This document shows, one piece after another, positions 37,644-62,611 of a DNA stretch of 64,000 bases. Position numbers and translations under genes: made by a program. Each line of letters starts with the position of its first letter. Position 1 is the stretch's first letter. The notes under the pieces are model-generated. The model did not search any database. It saw nothing but the letters and a program-made list of their open reading frames with translations, and was not told the DNA's origin. Source of the DNA: Chrysomallon squamiferum (lineage: Eukaryota; Animalia; Mollusca); assembly GCA_012295275.1 (NCBI GenBank), contig CM022673.1, positions 992,001 to 1,056,000 on the forward strand, given 5' to 3'.

Positions 37644-40600
37644 GACACACAGCAGAGTGATAGGACACTTTTACCCTGGTGTGCGTGGAGCGGTATCTTC
37701 CTGTGTACAAAACACTGTGATTCAGTACGAGAGACTTCAACATTCTACTTTTTAACAAACTACTCGTCAGAGTCAGGAAGATTTCAGAATGTGTGTATTT
37801 ATGTTTCATGCTTGCATACAAACGCCGAATGTGATTTGAAAATAACATAACTGTTGAAGGCCAAGAAGTGAAGGTTGCTGCACTGATTCAAAATTCTGGA
37901 TTTCACTTCCTTTTTTCGTTTTTTTTTCTTTTTTTTTTTCTTTTTTTCAGCATATATATATATATATATATATAAATAATGTGTGTATATTTATATGAGA
38001 ATGATGAAATAAGGGCTGAATTGAGATCGCTATTTGTGTTTATTTAAAAAATAAAAAATGTATTGTTGGTCAGTTTGAATTACACGATAGAGAAGAAGCT
38101 AATAAATTGCCATCATTATTATTGTTCTTATTTTAGTTAGTAATCAGAAATAAAAAATGTATATATCCTTTCTGGAGTTACATTAAAAGTATATAATTTT
38201 ATTTTTATTCATTGTTAATATTCTTTTTTAAATAAGCCACCAAATATATGTTCATTGATTTCATGTGAATGAAGTTTGTCCCTTGATGAAACATTTTGTT
38301 GTTAGTTATAACTCGTACAGGTTTCACAGTAACAGGAAGAAAATTGTAATTCTAGTCTAATACAAAATTATATTCATCACAGATAAAAAAAAAAAAAATT
38401 AAAAGAAATAATTCATAGCTCAAGAACATTTTAACTGCAGAAGATCAGAAAATAATTTTTATTTTTTTTTTTTTAATTTTAATTCTCTTTAATACTATGC
38501 CATACTTTTAGTGTTAATTAAAAGCCAGCAATTTAATGTTCAGTGAATTCTTTTTTAATTTTTTTTTTTTTTTTTTAAATTGTGATTATTTGTCATATTG
38601 TTAATTATTGCAGAGAAGATAAAAACGTATTACAGTAATATTTACTGCCTTTTCCTTGAAAATCAGTTTTGTTTGTCCAGTGGTAGAAATTACTCAGACT
38701 GTCCATAATTGCATATGTGGTGTTATCTTTGATCATGATAACAATTGTCTATTTTTCAAAAACATTATAAATTTGAAAATAAAAAAAATAGAACAAAAAA
38801 AGTGTCATGATATTTAATCAATAGGTGTGTAAAACTAAGTGCTAACTGTAGAACTCTGCACTGAATCTACAAATGAATCACAAAAACAGAAATGTACAGA
38901 TTGCATTGTGTAAATTGTGAATACTCTGGACAGTGCAAAGGTATACATATTGATACATGTACATTATCGATCATGTTATGTACAGATTTATTAATATATG
39001 TCATTGATGTGTGTCATATTTTCTTCTGTTATGTCCATGCCACATTATGTATTTGTGCATTGTGGAACTGGACGTATTTAGATCCAACATTATCTAGTTT
39101 ATTTCATCAACACAGTCCATGATTATCTTTTCTAAACAGTTTTATTACTTATTTAGAAAAATATGCCAGACTTTTGAATGAATTGTATAAATACTGAATT
39201 ATTTATCTGCAGAAACTATTGCTTAAATGTGTGTAATCTGTAATAATTATGAGAGGTTCAATTTATAATATTTATTTATTATGATTCATTATTTTAAAAT
39301 GAGTTTTATTTTTATCCAATTTTAAACGTGCTTTGCCAAAATATGTAGGCTTGTCAAACTAGGTGCACATAAACTATATAAACACAATAAAACATTTTGT
39401 TTTTTTAACTGCATCTGTCATGTTCTGTTTTTAAAAATTAGTAACCAACAAAGATCAAAATAAGCCATGGATTTTGACTGATATAACTTTAAGTCAACTT
39501 AAAATACACTAATGTTTTAAAATTATTATTATTATTTTTTGGGGGTATTATTATTGGATTATTTTAATGTTACTACAATTTGGGGATGCTTTATTTTAAA
39601 AGGTTGTTAATGTACCATCATTCTGAAAACCGGGTTTTCAGTTTACCTCTTTGGAATACAACTGACTTGTTGATAACATTTTCATAACGAAAAAAAAAAA
39701 AAAAAAAAAAAAAACCAACAAAAAAAATCAAATGTACATCCTGTTTTCATTCTTTAAAGACTATTTATATTTACCAATTCCGGTTCAAAGATCATCAGTA
39801 TATAGCTTTATTATTACAAAAAATATGTTGAAGAAAAATCTCATTTTAATAAAGTCTCAACTTGTTAAAGTAGTTTGTCATGTGTTGGTGCATTTTGTCC
39901 TAGTTGTTCAGACAAATCACTGTTGGGCATTTTTTTTTAATTTTTAGCCTTGTTTACTGATATGGATGTTAGACCTTTTTTTTTCCTTTTTTTTAATTTT
40001 TTAAACATAATTTTAAAAATGCTCTGTATATTAAGTTTGTTAAATGGCAGTTCTGTTGTTCTGTTATGTGTTCATATTGTTAAGCGACATTCCTTGAAGG
40101 ATTAAACTTTTAACAAAACTAAATTAATTCTTTATCCTTTTTACTTTTCATATTGTGCAAATTAATTTTAAAAATAAATAAATAAAAATGATAATAATAA
40201 AGATGTGTATTTTCACTCAGGATTGGTGTAATGCAGTGTGTAATATTTTCAGTCGTAGTTGTAAAGGCAGTGTAGTTTTGGCTTTATCCCCCCATTAAGT
40301 TTCCCATTAAGTTTCAAGACAAAAAAATTCAAATCTAATTCATGAAGCAAATTATTTTAATTGTTGGTTCCAATAGCTTTGTATGCATTGTTTGTTTGTT
40401 TTTTCTTTGTTTTTAAAAAAACAACCAAAAAACAAAACAAAAAAAAACAACAACACTTTTATACATGATCTAGATAGTTCTGCAGTATTCAGTAGTTTGG
40501 AAAACTTTCATGATGTACATACAGACAACTGGATGAACAGAACATTTGGTTGTGCATTGGCTCATGTAATATTATGTAAATTCTTACAGCACTTTATTTG

Positions 40601-41884
40601 CTATTGTAATATTTGTTATTAAATTTGTTGTATGTTAATGAAAATAAAATGATCTTACTACATGATTTTTGCATTTGTTTCTTTTTCCTTCTAAAATAAA
40701 TGTTTTAAAATACACACACACACATACATGTATATATAAATATAAATATATATATATGAATATATATGAGTGTGTGTGTGTGTAATTTTTTTCCCCCTCA
40801 GTTCTATTTTAAAAGCTTATATTTTCAAAATTTTACAGAATCATGAGTTCATAAGATAATGTGTTTCATAATAGTCAACTAACATCTCAGGTTGGAATCT
40901 AGAAATTGTGTGAAGTTCTATATCAAGTTTTTAACTTCGATTTCTCTGATTTTCAGTTTCCAAAAATTTATGTTAAAAATCATCACTATGTTAGACTCAC
41001 ATTAGATCTGAAAGGTATTTTATTTGAACTTGTCCTTGTTTTTTTTTTTGAGATAATAAAAGAACAAAACAACTGTTTCTTATTTTTTACCAATTTATTT
41101 TCACTTCTGATTAATAATTTAGGTTCCAGTATCATCATGTTATCCCCAAACCTATTTCATTTGTTCATATGATAATATAATAAAAGTAAATAACAAATAC
41201 TCAAGATGGCTCAATGGAGCAAAACAGTAAACCTTTTAAAAATTATGATTAAGAAAATAAGCAAAACAATGGACAATAGGTCAGTTTAACAACAGTATAA
41301 ATATTCCTTTTTCCTTTTGTCTTTAACAGTTCCTTTTATTAATACAATAATAATAAAATGGTTTTAAAACATTCACATTTATAACCAAAAAAAATACAGG
41401 AAACGTGATTGTATGTAGCAAAATGTACATAAAAATATTTTGCACATTTCATAAAAAATCAAATGAGATGAACTTACAAATAATAAACAAATAATAAATC
41501 TTTTAAGTGCTCAACACTTACATTTTTGTATCACGTTCTTATAAAATTTTAAGTAGAAGAATTTTTTTAAAGAAAAAGTTCTTAAACATTATTAATTATT
41601 TTCTGAAATGCTGAAAATCATGTAAGGGGACATAACTCTAATCACTTTTTACTGTACAAGAACAAAATGAATGAGATCTTTTAACCTGGTTTCAAAAGCA
41701 AATTATTAAAAATGTTCACCAGTCTTTGTCAAGTGGTCACAGTTTAACATAAAATAATTTTTTTTTAAGCAGTGAAATTAAAATAACATGCACATATCGC
41801 ACTGACAAATAAGTCTTAATATAATCTATATATTAAGATGCTACATTATACTCTCCCAGATCATCTAACATTGTAGTAAAAATG

Positions 41885-41962
41885 GACCTGTATTAAGCTA
41901 CCCTCTCTCTGTAAAGGCAAGTTAATTATTCACCTTTTGATGGCTGATTCATAATACGGTTT
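41885..41962. mobile_element. Possible degenerate MITE fragment
   Basis: Imperfect inverted ends ACCTGTATTA...TAATACGGT around a short core; recalled resemblance only, no target-site duplication seen. Confidence 0.25.
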
Positions 41963-43853
41963 ATATGCTGGACATTCAGAATTATTTGCATAGATGCACC
42001 ACAATTTGCATAGTAATGAATATAATTTGTCATGTTTTCTATCAGCTCAAATGACAGAATGAATTATGAGGATGTTAATGGAAATCAGTACAACTAATGT
42101 CACAAAACAGACCTCAACACTAAGCTTTAAAATGAAGTTAGATGAAATGTTAATGTGATCCAAACATTTGTAAAGAAAATGTCCATTTATTTTGTGAAAT
42201 AATGAGTTAGCATGTGCATGCAGGAGTATGCACCTTTTAAAAATCCCAAAATCCAAAAGCAAAATCCACACAACTATTAAAAAAACCCATTTAGTTGCAA
42301 ATTATATTGATTTAATTTTAAAAATAAACAAATAGTTTGTAAATCAGCTATGGATAACACACAAAACAAAACAAAATGTCAACAATAAATTAAACTTTTT
42401 GTTACAGTATTCACAAACAACGACACCCTCTGTTTAAAACATAATAATAAAATTATCTGAAATCTTTTATTTCTAAGTGGCACAAAAATTAATATATTAA
42501 TAAAAATTACTTTTTACCTACATACCTTGAAACTGGGTTTTTGGCCATTATAAATATAGATATGTTATTTACATATATAATAAAACTATTAAAAACAATA
42601 CACAAAAAAGAAATCTGCTGAATCAAGAACAAAACAAAATACAACTGACACAAACAACAAGATTAATTAATGCTGTGTTAGTAACAAGATAACATTTAGA
42701 AATAATTTTAAGTATAGTACCTTAAAGCTTGTAAATAAATACATTCAAGCAAATGTATTTGCATGTATAGGTAATTTGAATAATGTTTAAAATAAATAAA
42801 TAAATAAAACTAATAAAATACTTCACAGCTTAATCAGCTGAACCGAAAAATTCAAGTTATTAATTTAATGGCAGGGACAGTTTTTCTTTTAGTTGTTTGG
42901 TTTTTTTTCCTCAAAATTATTATTAAAAACATTTTTTTTTTTTTCTTGGTATTATTTTAATATTATTTTGTTTAAATTTAATTTAATTTTTATTATACAT
43001 TCAACTTGTGATATAAATTAAAATATATTAATACATTAACATGTTATATTTTATGTTTTTACAAATAAACTGAAACTAGCTATAAAACACTAATATGCCT
43101 TAGAATTTTACTAACTCCAAAAAAGAGAAGTACATGAAGTTTTTAGTAACATGCATAATTTTCATCTAAACTAAATAACAGATATTGAACACCGGTGATG
43201 TGCAGTTCTATAAATAATAACTATAACCTACTGCTAACTATATTATATTTATATGCACTAGATAAAGCTATATTTAAATAGTATATGTTAATATACAATC
43301 TTTATTAATATTAACTATAACATATATTGTACTGGCATGATATTTATATATATATATATATATTTATATTAATATAACAAATGCCTTGGGTTAATTTTTA
43401 TTTCCACAAGATAATGTAACAATCTGTAAACTTATTTATTTAACAGTATTTTATTTTATAATTTCTGCAGTAAGATATTGAAACAACATGTTAATATAAT
43501 AGTATGGATAACTGCTGAATATTCTTTTTATGTATTAACCATTTTTAGATAAAGATATTGGGTTTTTTAAAAACAATTAACCTTCACTTTTCACATTGTT
43601 TAATTAAAAAGGTGACTAGTATCATGTTTAAAAACAAAAAAAAACCAAACAAAACCCCATAAGCAATGTCTTTTCTGTAACAACCAATTATCATCATATA
43701 GCATGAAGAAAACAAAATTTACTAAAGAAAAAGAAAAAATAGAAAAACAGAAAGGATAGTGTAATAATTTAACATTGGTATGTTGCACCCATCTGCTCAA
43801 AATAAGCTGCAACAAAATGCACTATGAAAAATTAAAGATGGAGTTTATGATCT

Positions 43854-53261
<9,408 letters not shown>

Positions 53262-54034
53262 CTTTGTACTACTAACTCTGTTCTTGTTAAAACTGGTAAT
53301 TTATTTTATTTTTTGAAATGGGCTGAAAGTAAAAAGTAGATAATAAACAGCAAGTGATGAATAACTTTTTGTTCTTCTTTTTTCAAAATGTCGAAGTTAA
53401 AAGGATATAATAAATAGCAACTAATTTTCATGTATTTTGGGGGATGGGGGGTTTGTTTGGTTGCTTGGTTTTTTTTTGTTGTTGTTTTTTAATGTCAAAG
53501 TAAAAAATAAATAACTGATAAATACATTTTTATTTTGTTTTGAAAATGGCTGAAAATGAAAAGCATTTTCTACACTGAGGACCTTTATCAAAAATGCTTA
53601 GAGTACAAGGAGATAGTCTGAGAATATGCTAAGTTTATAACACAAAATCAGCTTATATTTCCTATAAACAAATGGTTTGCATGTATTTTCTGTAATACAG
53701 GCAACCATTTTGTGAGTGCTAACCACCAGAAAACTAGCATACATCAATGTGTTGAATGACTTAAAACTTTAAAATTCTGGAATCCTTTGATTTCAGAATT
53801 TTGGATAAGGGTTCCTGTGAAAAATATCAACAGAAGAATAAAAATTTTTTTTTGTACTCAAAATGATTGAAAAGCAAAATGTAAATGAAAATAAAACATG
53901 AATAATAAGAGTAACCGACGAATAAATGCTGGTTAAACAAGACTTATTTCATTTGTTGTATGTTAAACAGAGTTTTGGTATTATGATGTATTACATCATT
54001 CTGTTGTAAGAGTTCACCTTTTATCAAAACTGAC

Positions 54035-54108
54035 AGATTTTGATACATGCTGGAACACCCAGAAACAATAAAGATTTTGATACATGCTGGAACACCCAGA
54101 AACAATAA
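54035..54108. repeat. Perfect 37-bp tandem duplication
   Basis: AGATTTTGATACATGCTGGAACACCCAGAAACAATAA twice. Confidence 0.95.
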
Positions 54109-56439
54109 CACCATCTTCATTAAACTTCATTTTTATTTTTGTTCATATTATTTATAAACTGTGTCAGTAACAGTAATAGTAATATCACCTTCATTATAAC
54201 CATTACTAATACTGTTTTTATTGTTGTATTTTATAACTTGTGGCTATGCTAACAGCAGTAGTTATGATGATCATTGTCACTGTTATTAGTACTATTAGCA
54301 TACAACAAGTTATCAATAATAACAACAAAAACAAATATTACTGTATAAAATGTAAGTCAGTTAAACTCATTATAGTCTAAAAATAATTTAACACTGTCCT
54401 CCAGTCATGTCTGGGAAGATAACACGAAATATTAACCTCCAATCCTAACAGTCATGCTCTAACAATCATTTAGGCCTTGAACACAATGTATTAACATATA
54501 ACCTGGTAACACAATACTAGTAAATAATGCAAAGTATATAAGTCTCAGTGTATAACAAACTATTCAGCTGTGTTTACTTTAAAAGATAATCAACTAAATA
54601 GTGTGGTATTCACAGATTGAGTCTTATGTATTTTCAAGAATGTTTTCAAAAAATAAAAGCAATACATGTGTATGTATGTATGTATGTATGTATGTATGCA
54701 TGTATGTATGCATGTGTGTACGTAAAACTGTATGTGTGTGTTAAGAAACAAAAATAAATATTACAATGAATACTTATTCTACATTTTTACTAATTTAAAG
54801 ACAGTAAAATTCCTATTAACCATATACAGACAGACAAAAAAGATAAATATCTTTTGTGGGATGGGAATGATGAGTATGTTTGTGCAGGATGTATGCACAC
54901 ATGTAAAAGCTTGCATGTATGTGTATGTGTGTTGTATTTGTGTGTATGTATGAGTGAGAATGAATGAAAATGTATGTGTTATATATCAGTCAGTGTGTAT
55001 ATATAGTGTCTGTTTGTACATATAATGTTATATAGTGTTATATAATGATCAGCAAGCTTATCACCACGACACATTATTATGTAATAATATGCAGTCTAGC
55101 AAAGTATTTAAAGATATTAATCAATGAAATGATCTGTCAACAGGATTTTATAAGCTGTTTCTAATGATAAAATAGCAGATAAAAGATAGTAATGCTGGCA
55201 ATGGAGCACTGTGTGGAATGGTAAATAAACTGACACAAGATAACTGTAGTGAGGATTACAACACAGGGTTTAATACCAGAAAAATATGGCTGAACTAATT
55301 CTTTCCTCAGAGAGAGAATTTTTTTTTTTTATACATTTATATCTATATATATTATTATTTTTATAACAAGTTCAGTTTTAAACTGGTAACGCCCATCCTC
55401 AATCTAAAATAAATTCACACATTTTAAATTAGTCTAACAGTAAAACAAAACTAAGTATGTTTGGAAAATCTTGTACCACCTGTTAAATCAATACTGCTTG
55501 ATAATACTTGTAAGTGATGAAAGAGAATTCTCAACCTCCACCTGGTAATAAAACAATCTTACTCTAAGGTATAACACTGAAATGGTTTTTAGTCTTTGTA
55601 GGGTATATTAATGTATGGTGTGTGACACATGCATCTTTAGATTTGCAATGTGTGTATGTGATTGTGAATTTTTGTTTATGTGTAAGTATAAATATACTCT
55701 TAGGCACAAACACATACATAATACACAGCCATATATGTAAAAAAAAATACACATATTTACATCTACAAACATACATCATATATAAATACATAATCACAGA
55801 AACATACACACATACTCACACAGAATCACACCCACATACACACACACATGTATCTTTTATATACACTTGTATGTGTGATTATATGTATTTGACTATGTTT
55901 CTGTGCATACATTTATCTTATTTGAAATAAACTGATTCAAACTATCTGTACACTTAAAATGTTTAATGACGTTCAACTGAATTTTCAGAGTATACTGAAC
56001 AATCTCAAGCACTTTAACTCATAAATAAAACTGAAAAAACCTTAGCACACAAAACTGACAAGAACAGATGACAGGACTAACACACATAAGCAAAAATGAT
56101 TACCTTCTTATTTACAATTACTTACTCAACCCAAACCACAAATACTATTTAGATAATAACCTGAGTTTCTGATCAACAGACAAGCTATTAGCATGCACAA
56201 ATTGGTACAATTTAGTCATAAACATTTAAAGCCACCATTATGTCACATTTTTGAGGGGTTATTATTGTAGTATGTTTCTTAAATAATGCTATATGTTAGA
56301 TATTTAAAATCTAAAATTAAATATCAACTGGCTAAAAGGTTAAAGAAAAAATATACACACTATATGTATGTATGTATAATATATGTACATGTATACATAG
56401 TGTTCTGTATATTAATACAATCATTGGTGTAATTTCAAA

Positions 56440-56745
56440 TAAGATTTAAATAATAATAATATATTCAAGTTATTTAATATATATATACTTCTATATTAAA
56501 TAGATTTAATAAATATATATACATATACATTCAGTAGATTTAATATATACACCTATACATTCAATAGATTTAATGTGCATTCAACAGATATAAACTTCAG
56601 TTTTTAATATATATATAATGTACATGCCTGTATATTGAATACATTTAAACATCATTATTCAATAGATATAACTTGGATATTCAATATATTTAATATACAT
56701 ACCTGGACATTCAATAGATGTAAATTTGTATATTCAGTATATTTA
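56440..56745. repeat. Degenerate AT-rich minisatellite (ATTCAATAGATTTAATAT core)
   Basis: Recurring cattcaatagat/tattcaatatatttaa motifs at irregular spacing of roughly 20-35 bp. Confidence 0.7.
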
Positions 56746-57612
56746 AGTAAATTCTACCTCTGGTAGGTGTATCCTGGTTTAGAATTACTAACCCAATGAA
56801 AAACAAGCAGCGTTATAAGTAAGCTATTATCAGTGATACTACTTTATTTTGTCCTCAGCCAATCAGAGAAGAAAAGGAACTAGAACAACTTAGCTCTAGT
56901 GTGATAACAGATGATTCAACTTTTCAATACCCCTTAGTGCTTCTGGGCAGGTGAAAATTATTTAATAATAAACTCCCATTGTGTGATGAGAGAACAAAAA
57001 TAGCTCTAGACATGCATATACACTAAGTATATTCATATATTTATATGTCAGTCATGGAAGAAACCTATTTATGATGTCTGTTTCAGTGTATTTTAGAAAC
57101 ATGTAAGAATAAAAATGTTCTTGGTCAACTAATATTTTTACGGTTTCAGAGTTCAATTGCTATAAAAAAAAAAAAAAAAAAATTAAAAAAAAACACGTAA
57201 ATTTGGGTTCTAAAATATGATTTAAAACTACTGTTTAAATATATACCTGTCTAATCTCATAAGAAGATATTAAATTCATAAATTACATCAGTTCAAAGTA
57301 AATCTAAAAATATGGCTTCAAACTACAGTACATTTATAACTTCACTGTAATTTATATAACTTTATTGTGCTGTGCAAAAACCCTAAACTCATAAATGCAT
57401 CAGTTTCTTTCAAAATAAACAAAGATATATTAATATTTACTATTCACAACTCTATATCCAAAACACTTCAGTTATATACGTAATACTGCAGAAAATTATT
57501 TCAGCTATATCTCAATATTTTTATATCGGCTCAAAAAAAATTAACTTAATACAGAAAGTGAATTAAGATTGTTTAGCTATAATTCATGTTTTAATGTAAA
57601 AAGTTGACTTAC

Positions 57613-57870
57613 TTAGATCAGAAACTGAAGAAGTCACTACCTTAACCGATCACTCAGTGGAGAAGCAAATTCTACACAGACTGGTACAGAAAGTGGCTAC
57701 ACTTAGCCTAGTGTGCTGAAGATGAGACGACAGTAAATGTTTGTGTCTAATCGTGTTTACCTTCACATCAATACTGAGAGCATGTGCACACGAGGCTACC
57801 AACAGTGTCTTTAAGTGTCAGGCGGTGAGAACAACTGGGATCAGCAGCGTTGTCACGAGGTGACATTTTA
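57613..57870 (-). other. Candidate alternative non-coding first exon of UAP1
   Basis: Locally GC-richer block ending in the donor AA|GTAAGT at 57613/57612. The UAP1 ATG exon has an acceptor at 53324-53323 that needs an upstream exon. Confidence 0.45.
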
Positions 57871-58055
57871 TATGTTTGAACTTCCCTTTTTACTCAGTCT
57901 CGTTACATGTATCAACCTGTGCTTAATTACAGAATCACTTGGCTTAGCTTAGTTGCTTCGACTTCAATTTTGTAATTATGTTTCTATCACTATTTTAAAA
58001 TTTAATCTTTCTTTCTTACTTTTTGTTTTGTTTATTTATTTATTTGTTTTATTTT

Positions 58056-58057
<2 letters not shown>

Positions 58058-58100
<43 letters not shown>
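58058..58100. repeat. (GT)n microsatellite
   Basis: Direct reading; (TA)n also at 52011-52058. Confidence 0.95.
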
Positions 58101-58102
<2 letters not shown>

Positions 58103-59929
58103 ATTTATAAGAAGAAATAAAAATTATTGTATTTCATATATATCCTCTCATAAGCACAAACTTTTATTATAATTACATACATAAATATAAATGCAAACAC
58201 ACATACATATTCTCATATAGACATATAAGCATACAAATACAAAAACATACATAAATATATTGGTATAAATATGTTGTACACACACAAACATGTAACTACA
58301 TATACACATATAAACAAATATACATACTATGCATGCACACACACACACACACACACACATAAACATACACATCCATACAAATATATACATACATATATTG
58401 CCCCTAAATGTAGCAGATGTTCTAAATATTTTAGTAATATTAATATCATTAAGTCCAGCACATCCTATTATATATCTATTTTATATTAACAATAATATTC
58501 AGAAGTTTTATAAGCCTTCTTTCAATGAAATCAGTGAGCCAAATGCCACTACTTCCTGATTTGTAATAATCTGTACATTGCTTGGACTTCCTAAATGAAA
58601 CACTGATAAGTCCTTATAAAGATAAAACTCAATGGGTATTCACTTATCCACAGGACATGTCTTGTACATGCATACTTGAACAAAGTCTACACTTACCAGT
58701 AATAACAGACATGTAGACAGTGAAACTGTGATAAGATTAAATCTTAAATTACATGTTCATGCTAGTTAATTAATTTTAATCTTTAAAATAGTTATTAATT
58801 CATTCTTCATTTCATTTTCTCAGTGACTAAGAAGAGAGAAAAAGAGTTACTAGGTTCCATTCAAAATATATATATTATATATATATATATTTTTATACAA
58901 CCTAAAATATTGTTTATTTAGCATATATACATATGCTGACAGTGTATTATTACTGACTGATACACACATTTCTCAACTGTCAGAAACTCAGAAGCTTGCA
59001 ACAGAAGTATTGGATCAAAAGTACACACCAAGCTATGTAAAGCTAGAATCAGAGGCCACTCAGTGTTTGTTTTAAACCTGCAATCATTTGCCAGTTCGCC
59101 AGGAGATGACAAACTCACGTCTCTTGACTTAGAAATGTCTACAGAACACAAAGACCTGTTTTTATCAAACTTCCACACCACCGAACATAATTTCGAAGTC
59201 AGTGACTCTGACAAAGATGAAAACACAAACAGAAGCATTTAAATATACAATTTCACAATGTGTGACTAAAGTATGAATGGACTGAGATAGAAAATTTGTG
59301 TCTGAATACTCAGACAAGTTTTGAAATTTTGTGAAAATAGCTAAGGGTTACAGTTTAATTGTAATAGAGAAAAATTATGAATAAATAACTGAAATGAGCA
59401 AATCATTTATCCAAAAAACAGTTTTATCAAAGAGAAGAAATCAAATATTTAAGGGAGGCAATAATTATTGTGCCAGATATATTTTCAACATAAAATGAGT
59501 TTAATTATATTGAAAAAGAAGAATGGTACAAAAACCACTCATATCTAGATGTGCATACAAATGATACTGACCTAGAAAAAAAATCAATTCATGTTATCTC
59601 ACATTACATGCAAATTTATGTTAAAAACTTAAAGCTTATAAAAAAAAAAAAACTAAGTAAAAAGAGTTTTGGTATTCAAGAATGACAGTTGCTCTGAACA
59701 CAAAAAGGCTTTATGCCAAAAAGCAACAAAGCATTACATAACATACTGTGATTGTAAGTTGAGACTGACATCCAACAAAGAACATCAGGATAACTGAACA
59801 GTGTGAAAATAATATTTAGCCACCTGAAAAATCTCTATCTTTTTGTCAAGTTCTGCAAATAATATATCACTTCTGTTTTAACAGTGTACATAAGTATGTA
59901 TGAAATATGTAGATGTGTACGAGTGTGTA

Positions 59930-59962
<33 letters not shown>

Positions 59963-60286
59963 ACACCTATACATATATATATGTATATGCGCATGCACAC
60001 ACACACATATGAATATGTTGACAGAGAAAGATTGAGAGACAGAGAGAGAGAGACAATGACAAAACACATTAAAAGTTAAATTTGAACATAAAACATCACC
60101 AACTGTAAGGTAAAGGGAGGGTTGTATAGGGGGTATTAACTCTGTATTCACAAATGAATAACTCATATTTATGTATATGTGTATGTATGCATGTGTGTGT
60201 AAAAACAAATCATTAAATCTAACAAAACAGCAAACTAGAAACATAAGAAATGATAATCCTAAATACAAGTCATAAAAAATATACAT

Positions 60287-60319
<33 letters not shown>

Positions 60320-60718
60320 GATACAGATATTCCTGATAAGAATTATGTGAATTCAGTATGAGAGATTATGTTCTTTTAATTAATATTATTTTTAATTTTT
60401 TTATTTATTTATTCATTTATTCATTTTTATATCTTTTATATTTAATCTCTTAATAAATTGTATTATCTAACATCAGTTTTAAACAATTACATATACTCAT
60501 TTAATGAATGACAAAAAAAAATTAAATAATAATAATAATAAAGATTTTTAAAATAATTTTAAAAATAAATAAACATCACTACTTTAGAAACAGGTGCATA
60601 TTCATGAATAAATACGGTAATGCGGTACATGATTATTTTTATTAAATATTAAGTGATATGACAACAACATTTTGAGTTGTATATGAAGGATTTTAAACAT
60701 TTCGGCTACCTACTTTAC

Positions 60719-61080
60719 CTGTTTTAAAAATGCATTTAGTCTTCACAAATTTCGCAAACCACTCAATATTTACATAGATACCAGACACATTTATTACTAG
60801 CGGCGTGTGAACCGGAAGTAACACGTGTCACACTTTCAAATAAATTCTTACGCTATACAATATAGTACTTCATAATCTTAGTCATTTTATTGCTAATAAT
60901 TATATTTAAATATAAATAATTTATATTAATTGCACTATTAAATATAATTTATAACTTCGCATTGATAGACATAACAAATCCTAAGATAAACACTATTATA
61001 CGTCAAAGTGCAAGAATATTTATATTTTCTTCTGTTTATTTACCTTTTCAGAAAAAATGCACGTGACACGTGTCAAAATA
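60719..61080 (-). promoter_or_regulatory. Probable distal UAP1 promoter and first non-coding exon
   Basis: Donor CAG|GTAAAG at 60719/60718, ETS motif CCGGAAGT at 60812-60819, CACGTG boxes at 60822-60827 and twice within 61060-61073. Confidence 0.55.
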
Positions 61081-61999
61081 ACATTTTGAGTTTTACTGTT
61101 AGATACTGACTGATTAATTTGTTGTTGTTGTTGAAAGCATGGAATTTTGTGTTGTTGGTGTTGAAATGTAGTCTGCAGGAGAATTTATGTAATACATTAA
61201 ATCCAAGAGATTGGGGTTATTAATTTTTTCGCATACCTTTATGTGTAACATTTTTATATTCATCATATCAAATAATATTTATAGACCAATAACTTTAGTT
61301 TTAATAACAGCAAATAAGGTAAATACTTTGTAATTTATTGATTCAGTCATAAACGACGTGTAAATCAGTAGAAATTATTTAAGTTTTTTAATTTAAATAA
61401 TTAAGCAAACCATATTTTCCCTGTAAAGGGTAAGAACTGGAACGAAATTTAAATTTTAAATCATCATAAATTCACAAACCAAAAAAATTGTGTTGTTATT
61501 TATTTATTTATTTATTTATTTATTGTTGGTTTGTGGGGTTTTTATTTATTTACTTTTTTATTATTATTATCCCTTATTAACAGTATGTGGTGACAAGTAA
61601 TAATTGGTGAGATAAAAAATTCTTTCTTGTAGCACAGTGTAATCATGAAAAGGAGCTTAGAGATAATTAAGTTAAATTTCTGTAATTTTCTCTAATCAAA
61701 CAATCTAATCTTTTTAAAATAAAAGTTAAATGTTATTGTTAAAAAAAAAAAAAAAAATTAAAGTTCTCAAATACATATTTATTTGCTTGTCAAAGCTATA
61801 AATTACGACGAATTTATATTCTTTTACATTTACTATTTACCAATCCAGTTATCCGAAATTAGATGATTCACGGAAATACACGTTCCTGACAAAACTGTGA
61901 TCTCAGTTTGAAATACATTCTGATTAGTCTGCTTCGTGTGCCAGGGCCCACTTTCAGATAAAGGCGATTTGTTGATAACTTCGTTATGCCTGATACTTC

Positions 62000-62040
<41 letters not shown>

Positions 62041-62611
62041 TCTAAATAAGAAGCTGTCTTGTTTTGATATACTATGTAAATGACGAATTTTTTTTTAATT
62101 AAAATTGAAAAAACATGGATAAAACCAATATAAAAAAACAAACAAAAAAAACAAACAAAAAAAATGCCATATATAACCTGATAATTTGAAAAATAATGGA
62201 GATTTCATGTTACCAAAATTTCAGTGATTTTTGGCCTATTGTTTCAACCATTTATTGTGACAAATACTGTAATCGAAGTTCATTAAATTCTCATATCTTC
62301 CTTAAAAACCAAGATAACTGAACATTTTAGGATGTCAAGGTTATTACACTACTTTAGCTAAAGTCATAGATAATTACTTATCTGTAGATATAATTATAAT
62401 CAATTAATCTACTGAAGTAAAAGAAAAACTCATCAAATCAAATGGAATATAGTTTGTTTACTATCGTTTAGTATTTAATAGGCGGCTTTAGGTTACTGCT
62501 ACTTTGGTTTGAAACATTTTGTTGATACGTGTATTTAACACAAATAAGTTTAAGTATCAGGTCATCACTATTTGAAAAGGTAGCAGGCCAATTGTGAAAC
62601 TATTTTTCGTC

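Noticed and set aside
54660-60320. Numerous 60-140 aa ORFs rich in C/V/Y/I/H/T (also those at 1188-2092, 22307-23705, 29052-29386, 45280-46497)
   Set aside because: Translations of (GT)n, (TA)n, (GA)n and poly-T tracts, not genes.
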